Positions 36,436 to 47,184 of a stretch of 64,000 bases of DNA are shown here, piece by piece. Source of the DNA: an uncultured Gammaproteobacteria bacterium (GTDB taxonomy: Bacteria; Patescibacteriota; Microgenomatia; UBA8517); assembly GCA_964430475.1 (NCBI GenBank), contig CAYSEQ010000001.1, forward strand, positions 13,659 through 77,658, given 5' to 3'. The notes under the pieces were generated by a model, which worked only from the letters and a program-made list of their open reading frames with translations, was not told the origin of the DNA and ran no database searches. Position 1 is the stretch's first letter. Every line of letters begins with the position of its first letter. The position numbers were made by a program, and so were the translations under genes.

Positions 36436-38075
36436 AAAAGTCTAAGGTCGGAAAGTAAATTTCTTCCTGTCATACTAGAAGGAACAGGAAGGTTTAAAGA
36501 TGATAGAATTGTGGGAGCAACATCAGCAAGGATTCCACTCCTCAGTCCATGTCCCTTACCTATGAGATTTTTTGCAACAGCGATAAAAGGAACAGGATTT
36601 GTTGAATGTTCAGTATCAATATCTCCTGTTTCAAGATTGAGCATTTCTTCAGCGTTTCCGTGATCTGCAGTAACGACCAGTAATCCTTCATAAGCAAGTG
36701 TAAAATCGGCAAGTTTTCCCACACATTCATCCACTACCTCAATCGCGGAAATAGTAGCTTCAATATTTCCTGTATGTCCAACCATGTCTGGATTAGGATA
36801 ATTTATTACCACAAAGTTATATTTTTCAAATGCAAGTTTGGATAAAACTGTTTGGGTAATTTCTCTAGCTTTCATTTCCGGCTTTTGATCGTAAGTTGCT
36901 ACTTTTGAAGACGGGATAATAATTCTTTCCTCCAAGGGGTAGGGTTTTTCTCTAAGTCCGTTAAAATAAAAAGTGACGAATCTTTCTTTTTCACTTTCGG
37001 TAATTTTGAGCTGTCTTAATCCAAGATTAGAAAAAACACCTGAGATAGGTATGTCAACAATCTCTGGTGGAAAAGCCGGAATGGCACCCAAATTTGTTAC
37101 AGGTTTACCATAATCAGTCATGGTTACGAAGTACAAATTTACAAGTCTTTTTTTAGAAGGCGAACTGGATTTGAAATTTTTATTATCGTAATTTTTTTGA
37201 GGTGTTTGAGATTCAGAAGCGTTAGTAAAGGGATAGTCTTTATCTAGAAAAGCTCTTGTTAATTGTCTTGGTCTATCAATCCTGAAATTAAAAAAAATGA
37301 TTGAATCGTTATCTTCTATTAGGCTTAGGGGATTGCCGTCTGGATTAGTTATAATTGCAGGAGTTATAAATTCATCAGTCTCGCCTTCTGCATAGGAGAA
37401 ATCTAGAGCTTCCTCAGGGTCTTTAAAAAATCTTCCTGCTCCTTGAGTTAACGCTTGATAAGCTTTGTCCGTTCTTTCCCATCTTTGATCTCTATCCATG
37501 GCCCAATAACGCCCAATAATAGTTGCGATTTTTCCTATATTTTCTTTCTGCATTACTTTTTGCAAATTCCTAAGATAAGTTTTTGCAGATGTTGGAGGTG
37601 AGTCTCGTCCATCGGTAAAAACATGGATGAAAACATTTTCAAACTTTAACATTTTAGCCAAGTGAATAAGCGCGTATAGATGTTCTACATTTGAGTGAAC
37701 TCCTCCTGCACCGACCAATCCCATCATGTGAACTTTAGAATGATTTTTTTTAGCATGTTCAAAAGCTTCTATGAGCACTTTATTTTTGAAAAAGCTTCCA
37801 TCTGCTATTGCCATGTTTATTCTTTGTAAGTCTTGGTAGATGATCCTTCCTGCCCCCAGATTTAAATGTCCTGTTTCTGTATTTCCGTCCTCTCCTCTGG
37901 GAAGGCCTACAGCCTCACCTGATGCTTGAAGTTGGGTATGAGGATAAGACATCCATAACTTATCCATATTTACCTTTTTTGCAAGCTCAATTGCATTTCC
38001 TGGACCTTCCTTTGCTATTCCCCAACCATCAAGTATTGCAAGGATTGCAAACTTTGGAGTAAATTTTAAATTCAT
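36432..38075 (-). CDS. gpmI: 2,3-bisphosphoglycerate-independent phosphoglycerate mutase
   Basis: 547 aa. ...GRDSPPTSA..., ...TADHGNAEEM... Confidence 0.9.
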   Translation of the reverse strand: MNLKFTPKFAILAILDGWGIAKEGPGNAIELAKKVNMDKLWMSYPHTQLQASGEAVGLPRGEDGNTETGHLNLGAGRIIYQDLQRINMAIADGSFFKNKVLIEAFEHAKKNHSKVHMMGLVGAGGVHSNVEHLYALIHLAKMLKFENVFIHVFTDGRDSPPTSAKTYLRNLQKVMQKENIGKIATIIGRYWAMDRDQRWERTDKAYQALTQGAGRFFKDPEEALDFSYAEGETDEFITPAIITNPDGNPLSLIEDNDSIIFFNFRIDRPRQLTRAFLDKDYPFTNASESQTPQKNYDNKNFKSSSPSKKRLVNLYFVTMTDYGKPVTNLGAIPAFPPEIVDIPISGVFSNLGLRQLKITESEKERFVTFYFNGLREKPYPLEERIIIPSSKVATYDQKPEMKAREITQTVLSKLAFEKYNFVVINYPNPDMVGHTGNIEATISAIEVVDECVGKLADFTLAYEGLLVVTADHGNAEEMLNLETGDIDTEHSTNPVPFIAVAKNLIGKGHGLRSGILADVAPTILSSLNLPVPSSMTGRNLLSDLRLF

Positions 38076-39343
38076 TTTTGTGAAAGGAGAATTTCCGCTT
38101 CAATAGCTAAGAGGCGATTATATTTTACGACTCTTTCTCCTCTGGCAGGTGCGCCGAATTTGACATAGTCTGAACCCACACCTGTTGCAAAATCCGCGAT
38201 AAAGCTATCTGTAGTTTCTCCCGAACGATGCGAGGTAACAACTTTCCATCCTGCGTCTTTTGCCATTTTAATTACCTCTAGAGTCTCAGAGATCGTTCCT
38301 ACCTGATTGGGTTTTACAAGTATTCCATTACAAGCTTTTTCTTGGATTGCCTTTCTTACTCTTTCCGGGTTTGTCGCAAGAAGATCATCACCCACAATGA
38401 TGAGTTGTCCTTGGAATGCTTCGTATAACTTTTTCCAGGAATCCCATGCATCTTCCTGAAACATATCTTCAAGAAGAGCAAGATGATACTGACTGTTTAT
38501 ATATTTATAATATTCCAAAAGACCTGTATCGCTTAAGGGAGCAGATTTATCTCGGATTACATATTCTCCGTTTTTATAGAAAACTGTAGCCGCAACATCA
38601 AGACCCAAAAAGACATCTCGTCCCATCTGATAAGGTGTGGTTTTAATGGTTTCGTAGATAACCTCTAAGGCATCTGCGTTCGTAAACAAGTTTGGCGCAT
38701 AACCACCCTCATCTCCTACTGAGTGTATTGCTCCTCTTCTTTCAAGATCTCTTCCAATAGTTAAATAAATTTCAACTCCCATCCTTAAGGCTTCGGAAAA
38801 ACTTTTTGTGGTTGCTGGAATTACATGAAATTCTTGAAAATCAAGATTTCCTGCTCCATGAAGACCGCCATTAATCATGTTGAAAATAGGTGTTGGGACA
38901 TGGATTTCTGCACTTATTCCAAAAGCTTTCGCAAGTCTATTTATCCAAAGGTAGGTAGGGATCTTTTGTGCAAGGGCGGCTGCTTTACTAGTGGCAATTG
39001 AGACAGCAAGAATGGCGTTTGCTCCATATTTTGATTTATTAGGTGTTCCGTCAAGTTCAATAAGTTTTTTATCTATACGCACTTGTTCGGCAACATCCAT
39101 TCCCCAAAGCGCGGGACCAAGAGTTTCGTTGATATTTGCTACTGCCTTGCTTACACCTTTTCCTAAGTATTTGGAAGGATCGTTGTCCCGAAGTTCCAAA
39201 GCCTCGTAAGTTCCAGTCGATGTTCCGCCTGGAACTGAGGCTACCGATATCTCACCTGTATCAAGTTGACACGCAGCTTCCACTGTTGGGATACCTCTTG
39301 AATCCAGAATTTGTCTTGCCCAAATTTTAGAAATTTTACTCAT
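38072..39343 (-). CDS. eno: Enolase
   Basis: 423 aa. ...SHRSGETTDSFIADFA..., and an N-terminal MSKISKIWARQILDSRG. Confidence 0.95.
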   Translation of the reverse strand: MSKISKIWARQILDSRGIPTVEAACQLDTGEISVASVPGGTSTGTYEALELRDNDPSKYLGKGVSKAVANINETLGPALWGMDVAEQVRIDKKLIELDGTPNKSKYGANAILAVSIATSKAAALAQKIPTYLWINRLAKAFGISAEIHVPTPIFNMINGGLHGAGNLDFQEFHVIPATTKSFSEALRMGVEIYLTIGRDLERRGAIHSVGDEGGYAPNLFTNADALEVIYETIKTTPYQMGRDVFLGLDVAATVFYKNGEYVIRDKSAPLSDTGLLEYYKYINSQYHLALLEDMFQEDAWDSWKKLYEAFQGQLIIVGDDLLATNPERVRKAIQEKACNGILVKPNQVGTISETLEVIKMAKDAGWKVVTSHRSGETTDSFIADFATGVGSDYVKFGAPARGERVVKYNRLLAIEAEILLSQK

Positions 39344-39373
39344 ATTTATAAAAAAGTATTATCTAAATTTATA

Positions 39374-41668
39374 TTACAGTCTATGTTTTCCTTTAGCAAC
39401 CAGTTCTTTTTCAGCCTCTCTTATGACTAATCTAACCTTATCAACAACATCAGGATTTACCGAAATACTTGTGATTCCCCAAAAAACAAGTTTTCTTACG
39501 AGTTCTTCGTACTCTGAGGGAGCCTGACCACATATTGATGTTGTCACACCATTCTTTGAACATTTTTTAATAACTCTTCTTATCGCCCATAAAACACCGG
39601 GCGATCTTTCATCAAACGCTTTCGCAACCTCCGCGTTGTCTCTGTCGGTTCCGGTAAGAAGCATCGTTAAATCATTAGATCCAATAGAAACACCATCAAT
39701 TCCAACTTTTATAAAATCTTCTATAAGAATGACATTTACGGGAATCTCAACCATCATCCAAAATTTGAAGCTCGGTGAAGAAAAAAGACCTTCTGCCGCA
39801 ACCAACCTTCTTACCTTCGCAAGCTCTTGAGGACTTCTTACGAAGGGTATCATAAGCATGAGATTTTTATATTTTTCTCGGGTCATTTTTATTGCCTGAA
39901 GCTCTAGATTGAAGACATCAGGGTTTGCGATGTATCTATACGCACCTCTGAAACCTAGCATCGGGTTAGGCTCTTCAGGTTCCCAAGCTTCGCCTCCCGG
40001 GAGGCTTCTGTATTCGTTTGTTTTAAAATCAGTCGCACGATAGACAACCGGGCGAGGATAAAAGGCTTTGCAAAAAACCTTTAAGTCGTGGGCAAGTTTT
40101 TTTATAAATTCAAGTTGTTCCTTCTTTTTAATAGCCTCCTTTGGATGAATACCGATATTGGCGATCATAAACTCCGCTCTTAGAAGCCCTACACCATCTA
40201 CATTGAGTTTGGCTGCCTCTCTTGCTCGCTCAACTTCCGCTAGGTTGACATAAAGCTTTGTTGCGGTTTTGAAATGAATTTCTTTTGGAGTAAATTTTGT
40301 TTCTTGGACTTCTATCTTTGCTCCAAGGTAGACCAATCCTCTTTCTCCATCAACGGTAACGATTGTATTATCTTTTAAGGTTTGGGTTGCGGATTTAGTT
40401 CCAACCACACATGGTATTCCAAGTTCTCGCGAGACAATCGCCGCATGCGAGGTCATTCCTCCCTCATCCGTCACTATCGCGCTGGCTTTTTTCATAGCAG
40501 GTACATAATCTGGTGAAGTCATTTGGGCAACCAAAACATCCTGGGTTTTAACCTTGCCGATCTCTTTCGGGCTTTTGAGAATTTTCACAGGTCCTGTTCC
40601 AATTCCGGGAGAGGCACCAATTCCAGTTAAAATCGGAACCTGAGCAAGTTTCAATTTTTTGCCGTCTTCAGCCTGAATTTTTATCTCTGTATCGCTTCCT
40701 TTACCTTTGAGGGTTGTAACTGGTCGGGTTTGAACTATAAATAAGTGTTTACCTTCTTTGGCCCACTCAATATCTTGAGGAAAATAATAATGGTTTTGAA
40801 GGTTTTGCCCTATCTTTGCAAGTTTTATAATCTCTTCGTCTGTAAGTTTTGGTTTATCTTTAAGACTTTCCGGAACTTCTGTTTCTAAGGTCTTATCGCC
40901 TATTTTTACAAGTCTTATAGATTGATCTGAAATTTCTTTTGAAAGAATTAGAAATGTTTCTTTTTGAACGACATAGCGATCCGGAACAACTGCGCCTTGG
41001 ACAATCATTTCTCCCAGACCCCAAACAGCCTCAATGATGATTCTATCTTTGTCATTGGTTACAGGATCGATAGTAAACATCACGCCTGATACATCAGATT
41101 GAACCATCTTTTGGACTATTACTGATATTTTTACTTTTTCATGAGGAATTTTATTTTGTTCACGGTAGAAAATCGCGCGAGCTGTAAAAAGCGAAGCCCA
41201 ACAATCTCTTATTCTGATAAGGAGATTTGTTTCACCTTTTACATTCAAGAAAGTTGCCTGTTGTCCGGCAAACGAAGCGTTGGGAAGGTCTTCCGCTGTT
41301 GCTGAAGATCGCACAGCAACCAAAGCAGGTCGAAAGATTTTTGAAAGTTTTTTGTAGGCTTTTACTGTTTCTAGAATTACTTCTTTTGGTATTTCGCTTG
41401 TTGTGATAAGTTTTGATATTTTCTCTGAAGCACTTTGCAGTTCATTGGAATCGTTTATATTGGTCTTTGAAAGAATTTCTCCAATTTTGGGTTGTATTTG
41501 ATTTATTTCTAAAAAATAATCGTAAGCTGAGACTGTTACGCAAAAACCCTCAGGGACAGGAAATCCAGCTTGGGTCATTTCGCCTAAATTTGCTCCCTTT
41601 CCCCCCACAATCGGGATGTCATTTTTGTCAATCTCTTTAAAAGTTAGTACAAAAGGCCGGGCAGACAT
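39374..41668 (-). CDS. ppsA: Phosphoenolpyruvate synthase (pyruvate, water dikinase)
   Basis: 764 aa. Phosphohistidine domain GGMTSHAAIVSRELGIPCVVGT, a PEP-utilising C-terminal TIM barrel and an N-terminal ATP-grasp. Confidence 0.85.
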   Translation of the reverse strand: MSARPFVLTFKEIDKNDIPIVGGKGANLGEMTQAGFPVPEGFCVTVSAYDYFLEINQIQPKIGEILSKTNINDSNELQSASEKISKLITTSEIPKEVILETVKAYKKLSKIFRPALVAVRSSATAEDLPNASFAGQQATFLNVKGETNLLIRIRDCWASLFTARAIFYREQNKIPHEKVKISVIVQKMVQSDVSGVMFTIDPVTNDKDRIIIEAVWGLGEMIVQGAVVPDRYVVQKETFLILSKEISDQSIRLVKIGDKTLETEVPESLKDKPKLTDEEIIKLAKIGQNLQNHYYFPQDIEWAKEGKHLFIVQTRPVTTLKGKGSDTEIKIQAEDGKKLKLAQVPILTGIGASPGIGTGPVKILKSPKEIGKVKTQDVLVAQMTSPDYVPAMKKASAIVTDEGGMTSHAAIVSRELGIPCVVGTKSATQTLKDNTIVTVDGERGLVYLGAKIEVQETKFTPKEIHFKTATKLYVNLAEVERAREAAKLNVDGVGLLRAEFMIANIGIHPKEAIKKKEQLEFIKKLAHDLKVFCKAFYPRPVVYRATDFKTNEYRSLPGGEAWEPEEPNPMLGFRGAYRYIANPDVFNLELQAIKMTREKYKNLMLMIPFVRSPQELAKVRRLVAAEGLFSSPSFKFWMMVEIPVNVILIEDFIKVGIDGVSIGSNDLTMLLTGTDRDNAEVAKAFDERSPGVLWAIRRVIKKCSKNGVTTSICGQAPSEYEELVRKLVFWGITSISVNPDVVDKVRLVIREAEKELVAKGKHRL

Positions 41669-41740
41669 AATATAAAAACAATTTAAAAATCTTCTTATTC
41701 CACTATAGCATATTTTTAGAAAATTATGGCAAGCTACTTT

Positions 41741-42790
41741 TTACTTTTGGCTTAATTTTTTCTTAAAGTAGTTAACCCAAGGAATATCAATTACATCAAC
41801 CTTGTAATTTTGAGCCAGAAAAAGGGCAAGAAAAGATCCAAAGATTAAAACTTCAAAAATTTGCGAAAGTCTTTCCTGAGTATAAGGTACAAAAGTAAGA
41901 TATTCAAAAGCGTTTTTAGAGATAACCTCCTGTGTGAGCGGATATCTTTTTCCTACCTCCTTACTGTATAGTTTTGAGTCTATAAATATAAAAAAAAGTG
42001 CTTGTTTTATCTTTGCAGGATTAAGTAGACCTTCCATTAGGTGGTGGTTTAGTTCCGGTATATCAAAGATCAAGCTAAAAGTTTTTGCGTTTTCGTTTAA
42101 CTGGTTTCTAATAGCATAACTTACTCCTATTAAATGTTCTGAAGCGATAAATACTGGTACCTTCCTTTGGAGTTTGTTTGCGTAAGATTTCGCCAAATTT
42201 CTCTCGGATGGAGCGTCCTCGTGGTATTCACCTAGAACATTGTATATTCTTGATAATGTTAAGTCAATTTCTTCTTGACTTATGTTTGCTAAACCGAGTT
42301 TATTAAGGATTCCAAGAATCGCCCCGATACTAAAACCCAAGGACATCCTCGGTTGCTTTGAAGGGTTTAAAGTTTCATCAATTTGGTAAAAAGGGATTCT
42401 CCTTTTTTTAAAAATTTCCATTAATGTTGAGCCTTTTGTGATTCCAAAAATCTTTGCTTTCTTGTTGATGGCTTCGTTGGTAAAATTTAGCGTCTCCTCA
42501 GTCTTGCCGGAGTAGGATGAAGAGATAACAAGAGTATCTTGGTTAAGATAATTTGGCGCGTGATAACTACTGCTTATTTCAAATGGCACTCTTAATCTAC
42601 TTGCTAAAAAAGAGTGAACGATTCTTCCTCCTAGTGCGGATCCACCCATCCCAGCAAGAATCACATTTCTTACCTCAAAATAATCCTCGGGAAAATTTAT
42701 AGAATTGACACTACGCCAGGATGCTTCTAATTGAAAAGGATACGCCCTTATTGAATCCGCTATGATTTTATATTTTTGTGATAACTCCAT
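41741..42790 (-). CDS. SIS-domain bifunctional phosphoglucose/phosphomannose isomerase (archaeal type)
   Basis: 349 aa with two SIS modules (SSYSGKTEETL). Confidence 0.65.
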   Translation of the reverse strand: MELSQKYKIIADSIRAYPFQLEASWRSVNSINFPEDYFEVRNVILAGMGGSALGGRIVHSFLASRLRVPFEISSSYHAPNYLNQDTLVISSSYSGKTEETLNFTNEAINKKAKIFGITKGSTLMEIFKKRRIPFYQIDETLNPSKQPRMSLGFSIGAILGILNKLGLANISQEEIDLTLSRIYNVLGEYHEDAPSERNLAKSYANKLQRKVPVFIASEHLIGVSYAIRNQLNENAKTFSLIFDIPELNHHLMEGLLNPAKIKQALFFIFIDSKLYSKEVGKRYPLTQEVISKNAFEYLTFVPYTQERLSQIFEVLIFGSFLALFLAQNYKVDVIDIPWVNYFKKKLSQK

Positions 42791-42799
42791 ATTTTATAT

Positions 42800-44161
42800 T
42801 TAGCTTCGAATTAAAGAGAGAAGTTCTCGGGTTTTTTCTTCAACAAGGTCTTGCGATTTAGCCTCAAGTGTGAGGCGTAGAAGCGGTTCGGTATTTGATG
42901 GTCTTACACAAAATCTCCAATCTTTATATTCAACAGCAATCCCATCAAGTCGTGATCTTTTAGTATCCTTATATTTTTCAAATATCATCTTAATCTTTCC
43001 CTCTTTATCCTCTACCTCGCTATTGATTTCGCCGGAAATGAAATATTTTTTCATTACAGGTTTTATCGCTTGGGATAATTTTTTATTAGTAGTTGATAAA
43101 AATTTAAGGATTTGCATAACAGGAATCATTCCACAATCCGAGTACCAAAAATGCTTGTAATAAGTATGACCGCTTGATTCTGCTGCGAAAACCGCATCAT
43201 ACTTTCGCATTGCTTCCTTTATATATGAATGTCCAACTCTGCTTAAAATAGGAGTTCCACCAAATCTTTTAATCGTATCAATTAGTGCCCAGGTATAGCG
43301 GATATCAAAAATTATCTTGCCTCTTGGATATTCTTTAAGAATTTCTTTTATAAGTATAGTATTTAAATAGTAGGGTTCAACGAAAATTCCTCCGTCAGTT
43401 GCAAAGAAAACTCTGTCTGCGTCCGCATCCCAAGCAATACCTAAATCCGCTTTAGTGTCTTTAACAAGTTTGATGAATTCTCCTCTATTTTCTGGAACGA
43501 ATGGATCAGGCCTTCCTTTTGGAAACCGTCCGTCAGGTTCGAAATTAAGAGGAATAATCTCAATGGGCAGATTGCCCTTTTTTATAATTTTTTCAAAAAT
43601 TTTTCCAGCAAGGCCAAAATTCGGATTAACCACAATTCGCATTGGTTTCATTTTAACTTCTTTGATATAACTTAAAATGAAATTGCAGTAATCTTCCCAA
43701 ATATCCACTCTCTCTACATTACCCCTTTCTTGTTTTGTTTTTTGCGGTTTTTTGTCATCCTTAAGAACGAAATCTCTAATTTGGCTAATTCCCGTCTCGA
43801 AGGTGATGGGTGAGGAGTTTTCCCTAACCATTTTAAAACCATGCCACTCGGGAGGGTTGTGGGAAGCCGTTGTTTGAATACCTCCTGCCTTTTTGTAATA
43901 TCCTACTCCAAAGTAAAGCATGTCTGTTGAGATTAAACCCACATCCCAAACTTTAACGCCAGTCTCTATAAGTCCTTTGATTAGGGCTTCTTTTAGTTTA
44001 TGAGAATGAATTCTAACATCCTCACCAACCAGAACTTCATTTTGAGGTTTAATCAAGTACGCGTAGGCTTTGCCTATTTTATAAGCAATTTCTTCGTTTA
44101 GTGTTACAGGATAAATTCCTCGGATATCGTAAGCTTTGAATATTGAGGGATCTATTTTCAT
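42800..44161 (-). CDS. Phosphoglucomutase/phosphomannomutase
   Basis: 453 aa with the active-site Ser loop TASHNPPEWHGFK. Confidence 0.85.
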   Translation of the reverse strand: MKIDPSIFKAYDIRGIYPVTLNEEIAYKIGKAYAYLIKPQNEVLVGEDVRIHSHKLKEALIKGLIETGVKVWDVGLISTDMLYFGVGYYKKAGGIQTTASHNPPEWHGFKMVRENSSPITFETGISQIRDFVLKDDKKPQKTKQERGNVERVDIWEDYCNFILSYIKEVKMKPMRIVVNPNFGLAGKIFEKIIKKGNLPIEIIPLNFEPDGRFPKGRPDPFVPENRGEFIKLVKDTKADLGIAWDADADRVFFATDGGIFVEPYYLNTILIKEILKEYPRGKIIFDIRYTWALIDTIKRFGGTPILSRVGHSYIKEAMRKYDAVFAAESSGHTYYKHFWYSDCGMIPVMQILKFLSTTNKKLSQAIKPVMKKYFISGEINSEVEDKEGKIKMIFEKYKDTKRSRLDGIAVEYKDWRFCVRPSNTEPLLRLTLEAKSQDLVEEKTRELLSLIRS

Positions 44162-44176
44162 AAAAAGTTTTTAGTA

Positions 44177-44857
44177 TCAGTCTTTTGATTCTAATTGCGT
44201 AACCACCAACAAATCAAGTTCGTTGTTTAACTCAGATTGAGAATTTTTTACTTTTATGTCTAGAAAGGAGAGTTTCAGAATAATTTCTTTAAGTTTTTCT
44301 TTAGAAAATTTGGAAGCTTGTTTTTTGAGTCTAGTTATTTTCCAACTTGGATAGTTTATAGTCTCAGCATCAGTTTTAATCCAAAATAAGTCTCTTATGT
44401 GTCTTGCAAAAAGAGCAAAAATCAATTCTAATGGCTCGTTTTTTACTGACTGGTGTAATAAGTTTAAGGCTTTGCGGGTATTACCAGGGAAAAAAGATTC
44501 AAGAAAAGACCAAACAATTTTGGGGAGATTATATATTTCTACAATTTTATCTTTTGGCAATTTGGTAAGAAATTTATCGTTTAAAATTCCTTGGTTGTAT
44601 ATGATAAGATTTATTTCAGGATTGCCTTTTTCTTTTTTTAGCCAGTTTAAGTCTTTTTGCGTAATAACTTTGATATCCTCAACAACTACAGCTTTCTTTT
44701 TTTGAAAAAGACTCTGATTTGCTAAAATTTCCCTTAAGTTTCCTTTTTGTTCAAATTTTATTACTTCCCAGTCTCTTTTTCTAAGACTATCTATTATTGT
44801 TTGTAGTCTTTCGTAAGATTTAATTAGGTCATCTCCGTGAATAACAAGTATTTTCAT
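44177..44857 (-). CDS. DNA polymerase III delta subunit-like (HolA-like)
   Basis: 226 aa. Weak resemblance to the HolA N-terminal fold and winged-helix C-terminus. Lies between pgm and ruvC. Confidence 0.4.
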   Translation of the reverse strand: MKILVIHGDDLIKSYERLQTIIDSLRKRDWEVIKFEQKGNLREILANQSLFQKKKAVVVEDIKVITQKDLNWLKKEKGNPEINLIIYNQGILNDKFLTKLPKDKIVEIYNLPKIVWSFLESFFPGNTRKALNLLHQSVKNEPLELIFALFARHIRDLFWIKTDAETINYPSWKITRLKKQASKFSKEKLKEIILKLSFLDIKVKNSQSELNNELDLLVVTQLESKD

Positions 44858-44870
44858 CTAAATTTTAATT

Positions 44871-45272
44871 TTATTTTCTTTTTAGGTATTTTATATACAT
44901 TTCCCTTATCTTGTCGTTAAATTTTCTCTTACCCCTTTTAATATGTGGTACAAGACTTCCTGAAAAGTTTTTAGGTATATGGAGTAGTTCATGGATGATA
45001 ACCTTATCTTTTTCGCTACTTTCTAGTTTATCAAAGTTTTCAGATAAAACCTCTATGATGTAATTAGGACTTTCTCTAAGGGCAATTTGCCATATTCTCG
45101 TTAATCCCCAGACCCTTGCGTAAGCCCGAGCTTTTGAACCGTAGGATCTATAGCAATGAATCTTTGAAGTATCTATCCAATCCATATCAAGCACTTTAGT
45201 CAAATGAAGTATTTTATTCTTAACATCTGGTGCTTTTTCCCACTTTATCCTTTTTCTTTTTTTTACTCTCAT
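44871..45272 (-). CDS. Small basic HExxH protein, putative Zn-metallopeptidase (SprT/DUF45-like)
   Basis: 133 aa with VIIHELLHIPKNFSGSLVPH. Confidence 0.35.
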   Translation of the reverse strand: MRVKKRKRIKWEKAPDVKNKILHLTKVLDMDWIDTSKIHCYRSYGSKARAYARVWGLTRIWQIALRESPNYIIEVLSENFDKLESSEKDKVIIHELLHIPKNFSGSLVPHIKRGKRKFNDKIREMYIKYLKRK

Positions 45273-45530
45273 TTACTCCACTATTTTAAAAACTTCGGTA
45301 CCCTCTTTAACCGGCTGGTCAACTTTTAATCCAATAATATCACCTTTCTTGGCGCTTTCTATTTTCTGGTGTTCAATCTGCATGGAGGCAACCGATTGTT
45401 CAAAAAGATCTTCTCCACCTCTTACGAACTTTATCCTGTCTCCGTTTCCCAAATCACCTTCAAGTTCTACTATTGCTACCCCAATCTTGTCGTAATAATG
45501 TGTAACCTTGCCAATTCTAAAATCTGCCAT
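45273..45530 (-). CDS. Small beta-barrel hypothetical protein
   Basis: 85 aa. Its stop abuts the downstream gene and its start overlaps ruvC's stop. Confidence 0.3.
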   Translation of the reverse strand: MADFRIGKVTHYYDKIGVAIVELEGDLGNGDRIKFVRGGEDLFEQSVASMQIEHQKIESAKKGDIIGLKVDQPVKEGTEVFKIVE

Positions 45531-46035
45531 TTATCTCACCTCCTTTGCTTTCTTTAAGAGCATATGTTATCGCGCAAGCTAAGGCATCTGCACAATCGTC
45601 AAAATGAGTTTTTTTATGAGCTCCACTTCTTATATGATTTCCTAAAAGTCTTCTTATTGATCTTTGTATTTCTTTCTTTTTGGCTCTCCCGTTTCCTGTA
45701 AGAGTTTTTTTGATTGTAGCAGGAGCGTACTCTATGACTTTAATCTTTGCTCTAGAAGCAGCAAGTAAAAGTACTCCTTGAGCTTGACCGACATCAATGG
45801 CAGTTTTGGCATTGGTTGCGAAAAATATTTTTTCCATTACGAAAACATCAGGGGAATAATCTTGGATTAGTCTTCCGGCACTTTTGTAAATTTTTTCGAG
45901 CCTTTTTTCTTTGAATCCGTTTTTGTCTGTTTGGATAAGACCCCAACTTACAACCGACATTTTTCCTTTTCCGTCAAGTTTTAAGATACCGTATCCTGTA
46001 GTTGCTGTACCTGGATCAATGCCAAGGATGAGCAT
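45517..46035 (-). CDS. ruvC: Holliday junction resolvase RuvC
   Basis: MLILGIDPGTATTGYGIL... Confidence 0.9.
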   Translation of the reverse strand: MLILGIDPGTATTGYGILKLDGKGKMSVVSWGLIQTDKNGFKEKRLEKIYKSAGRLIQDYSPDVFVMEKIFFATNAKTAIDVGQAQGVLLLAASRAKIKVIEYAPATIKKTLTGNGRAKKKEIQRSIRRLLGNHIRSGAHKKTHFDDCADALACAITYALKESKGGEINGRF

Positions 46036-46097
46036 TTTTTATTTAATTATACTCCATGTTGGTAGTTTCAAATAAAAACCCAAGTAATGAAGTCTAT

Positions 46098-46322
46098 TTA
46101 ATCTTTAGCTTTTCTTTTTACCATTTGGAAAAATTTTAAATAGATTATTTCAAGAATTCCAAGCGTGTTTAGCAAAAGGATTATCAGGAACCAAATTTTT
46201 TGATTATTTTCAACCGCCCTCCAAAGCGCCAATGCTTTCCAAAAAATTGACCATAATACTATAATTATTATTAATAGTGGAGGAGATTGAGCTGGCACGC
46301 CGAATAATAAATCTTGTAGCAT
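46098..46322 (-). CDS. Small two-TM membrane protein
   Basis: 74 aa, hydrophobic. Confidence 0.3.
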   Translation of the reverse strand: MLQDLLFGVPAQSPPLLIIIIVLWSIFWKALALWRAVENNQKIWFLIILLLNTLGILEIIYLKFFQMVKRKAKD

Positions 46323-46361
46323 AAGTTTTATCCAACTTCTAGTTTAAGGTAGTTTTTTATT

Positions 46362-47165
46362 CTAGACAATTGGTAGTTTGAGATTAAAAAGCTTGAAAGA
46401 GTTTTCTAAAACTATTTTTTTAAGTTCATTTTCTTTCAACTTTTTGATTTTACTAACATACTTTAGAATAAATAGAAGATTTTTAGGCTCGTTGAGGCTT
46501 TTAAATGATTTGTTTTTTTGTCTTGTGTCAAATTTTGGCGTGAGAAATGGTGAATCTGTTTCTAAGACAAGCATTTCTAGTGGAACTTTTTTGATAAACA
46601 AGGCTTTTTGGTCGTTATATGTTATATCTCCATCAACTCCAATATAGATCTTTCTTTTTTTAGCGTACTCTAAAATTTTTAAATTCGGTTCGCAACAGTG
46701 AAAGACGCATCTTTGCTCAAGCTTTTTGTCCCAACATTCGTCAATTGTTCTAATAATGTCTTTGGAAGCATTTCTATTGTGAATAATGAGACTTTTTCCA
46801 AAAAGGAGAGAAAGCTTTATTTGCATTTTGAAAAAAGTCATTTGAATTTTAGGATTAGCCCTAAACCAGTAGTAGTCAAGACCCGTTTCTCCCACCGCGA
46901 GGACTTTTTTTTCTTGTAAAAGTTTTTTGAGTCTTTCTTTTGCAGTTTTTATTTGAATTTTTTCTAAATCCTTAGTAGGATGAATACCCACAGAAGAAAA
47001 AACGCCCTTATATTTCTTGGCAATTTCAATTCCTTTTTTTGAGGTTTCAAAATCTGTGCCGACAATCATTAAATATTCAATTTCTGAAGATTTTGCTTTT
47101 TTTAGAGTTTCCTCTATCCTCCCCTTGAAAGCTTTGAAGTTTAGATGGCAATGAGTGTCAAACAT
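46362..47165 (-). CDS. tatD: TatD-family metal-dependent DNase
   Basis: MFDTHCHLNF...VGETGLDYY... Confidence 0.85.
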   Translation of the reverse strand: MFDTHCHLNFKAFKGRIEETLKKAKSSEIEYLMIVGTDFETSKKGIEIAKKYKGVFSSVGIHPTKDLEKIQIKTAKERLKKLLQEKKVLAVGETGLDYYWFRANPKIQMTFFKMQIKLSLLFGKSLIIHNRNASKDIIRTIDECWDKKLEQRCVFHCCEPNLKILEYAKKRKIYIGVDGDITYNDQKALFIKKVPLEMLVLETDSPFLTPKFDTRQKNKSFKSLNEPKNLLFILKYVSKIKKLKENELKKIVLENSFKLFNLKLPIV

Positions 47166-47184
47166 TACGCTTTCGTTTTAGATT

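Noticed and set aside
44871-45530. The HExxH small protein plus the 85-aa protein upstream of ruvC as a toxin–antitoxin pair
   Set aside because: There are no recognisable TA-family motifs. The tight packing with ruvC looks like ordinary operon compaction.
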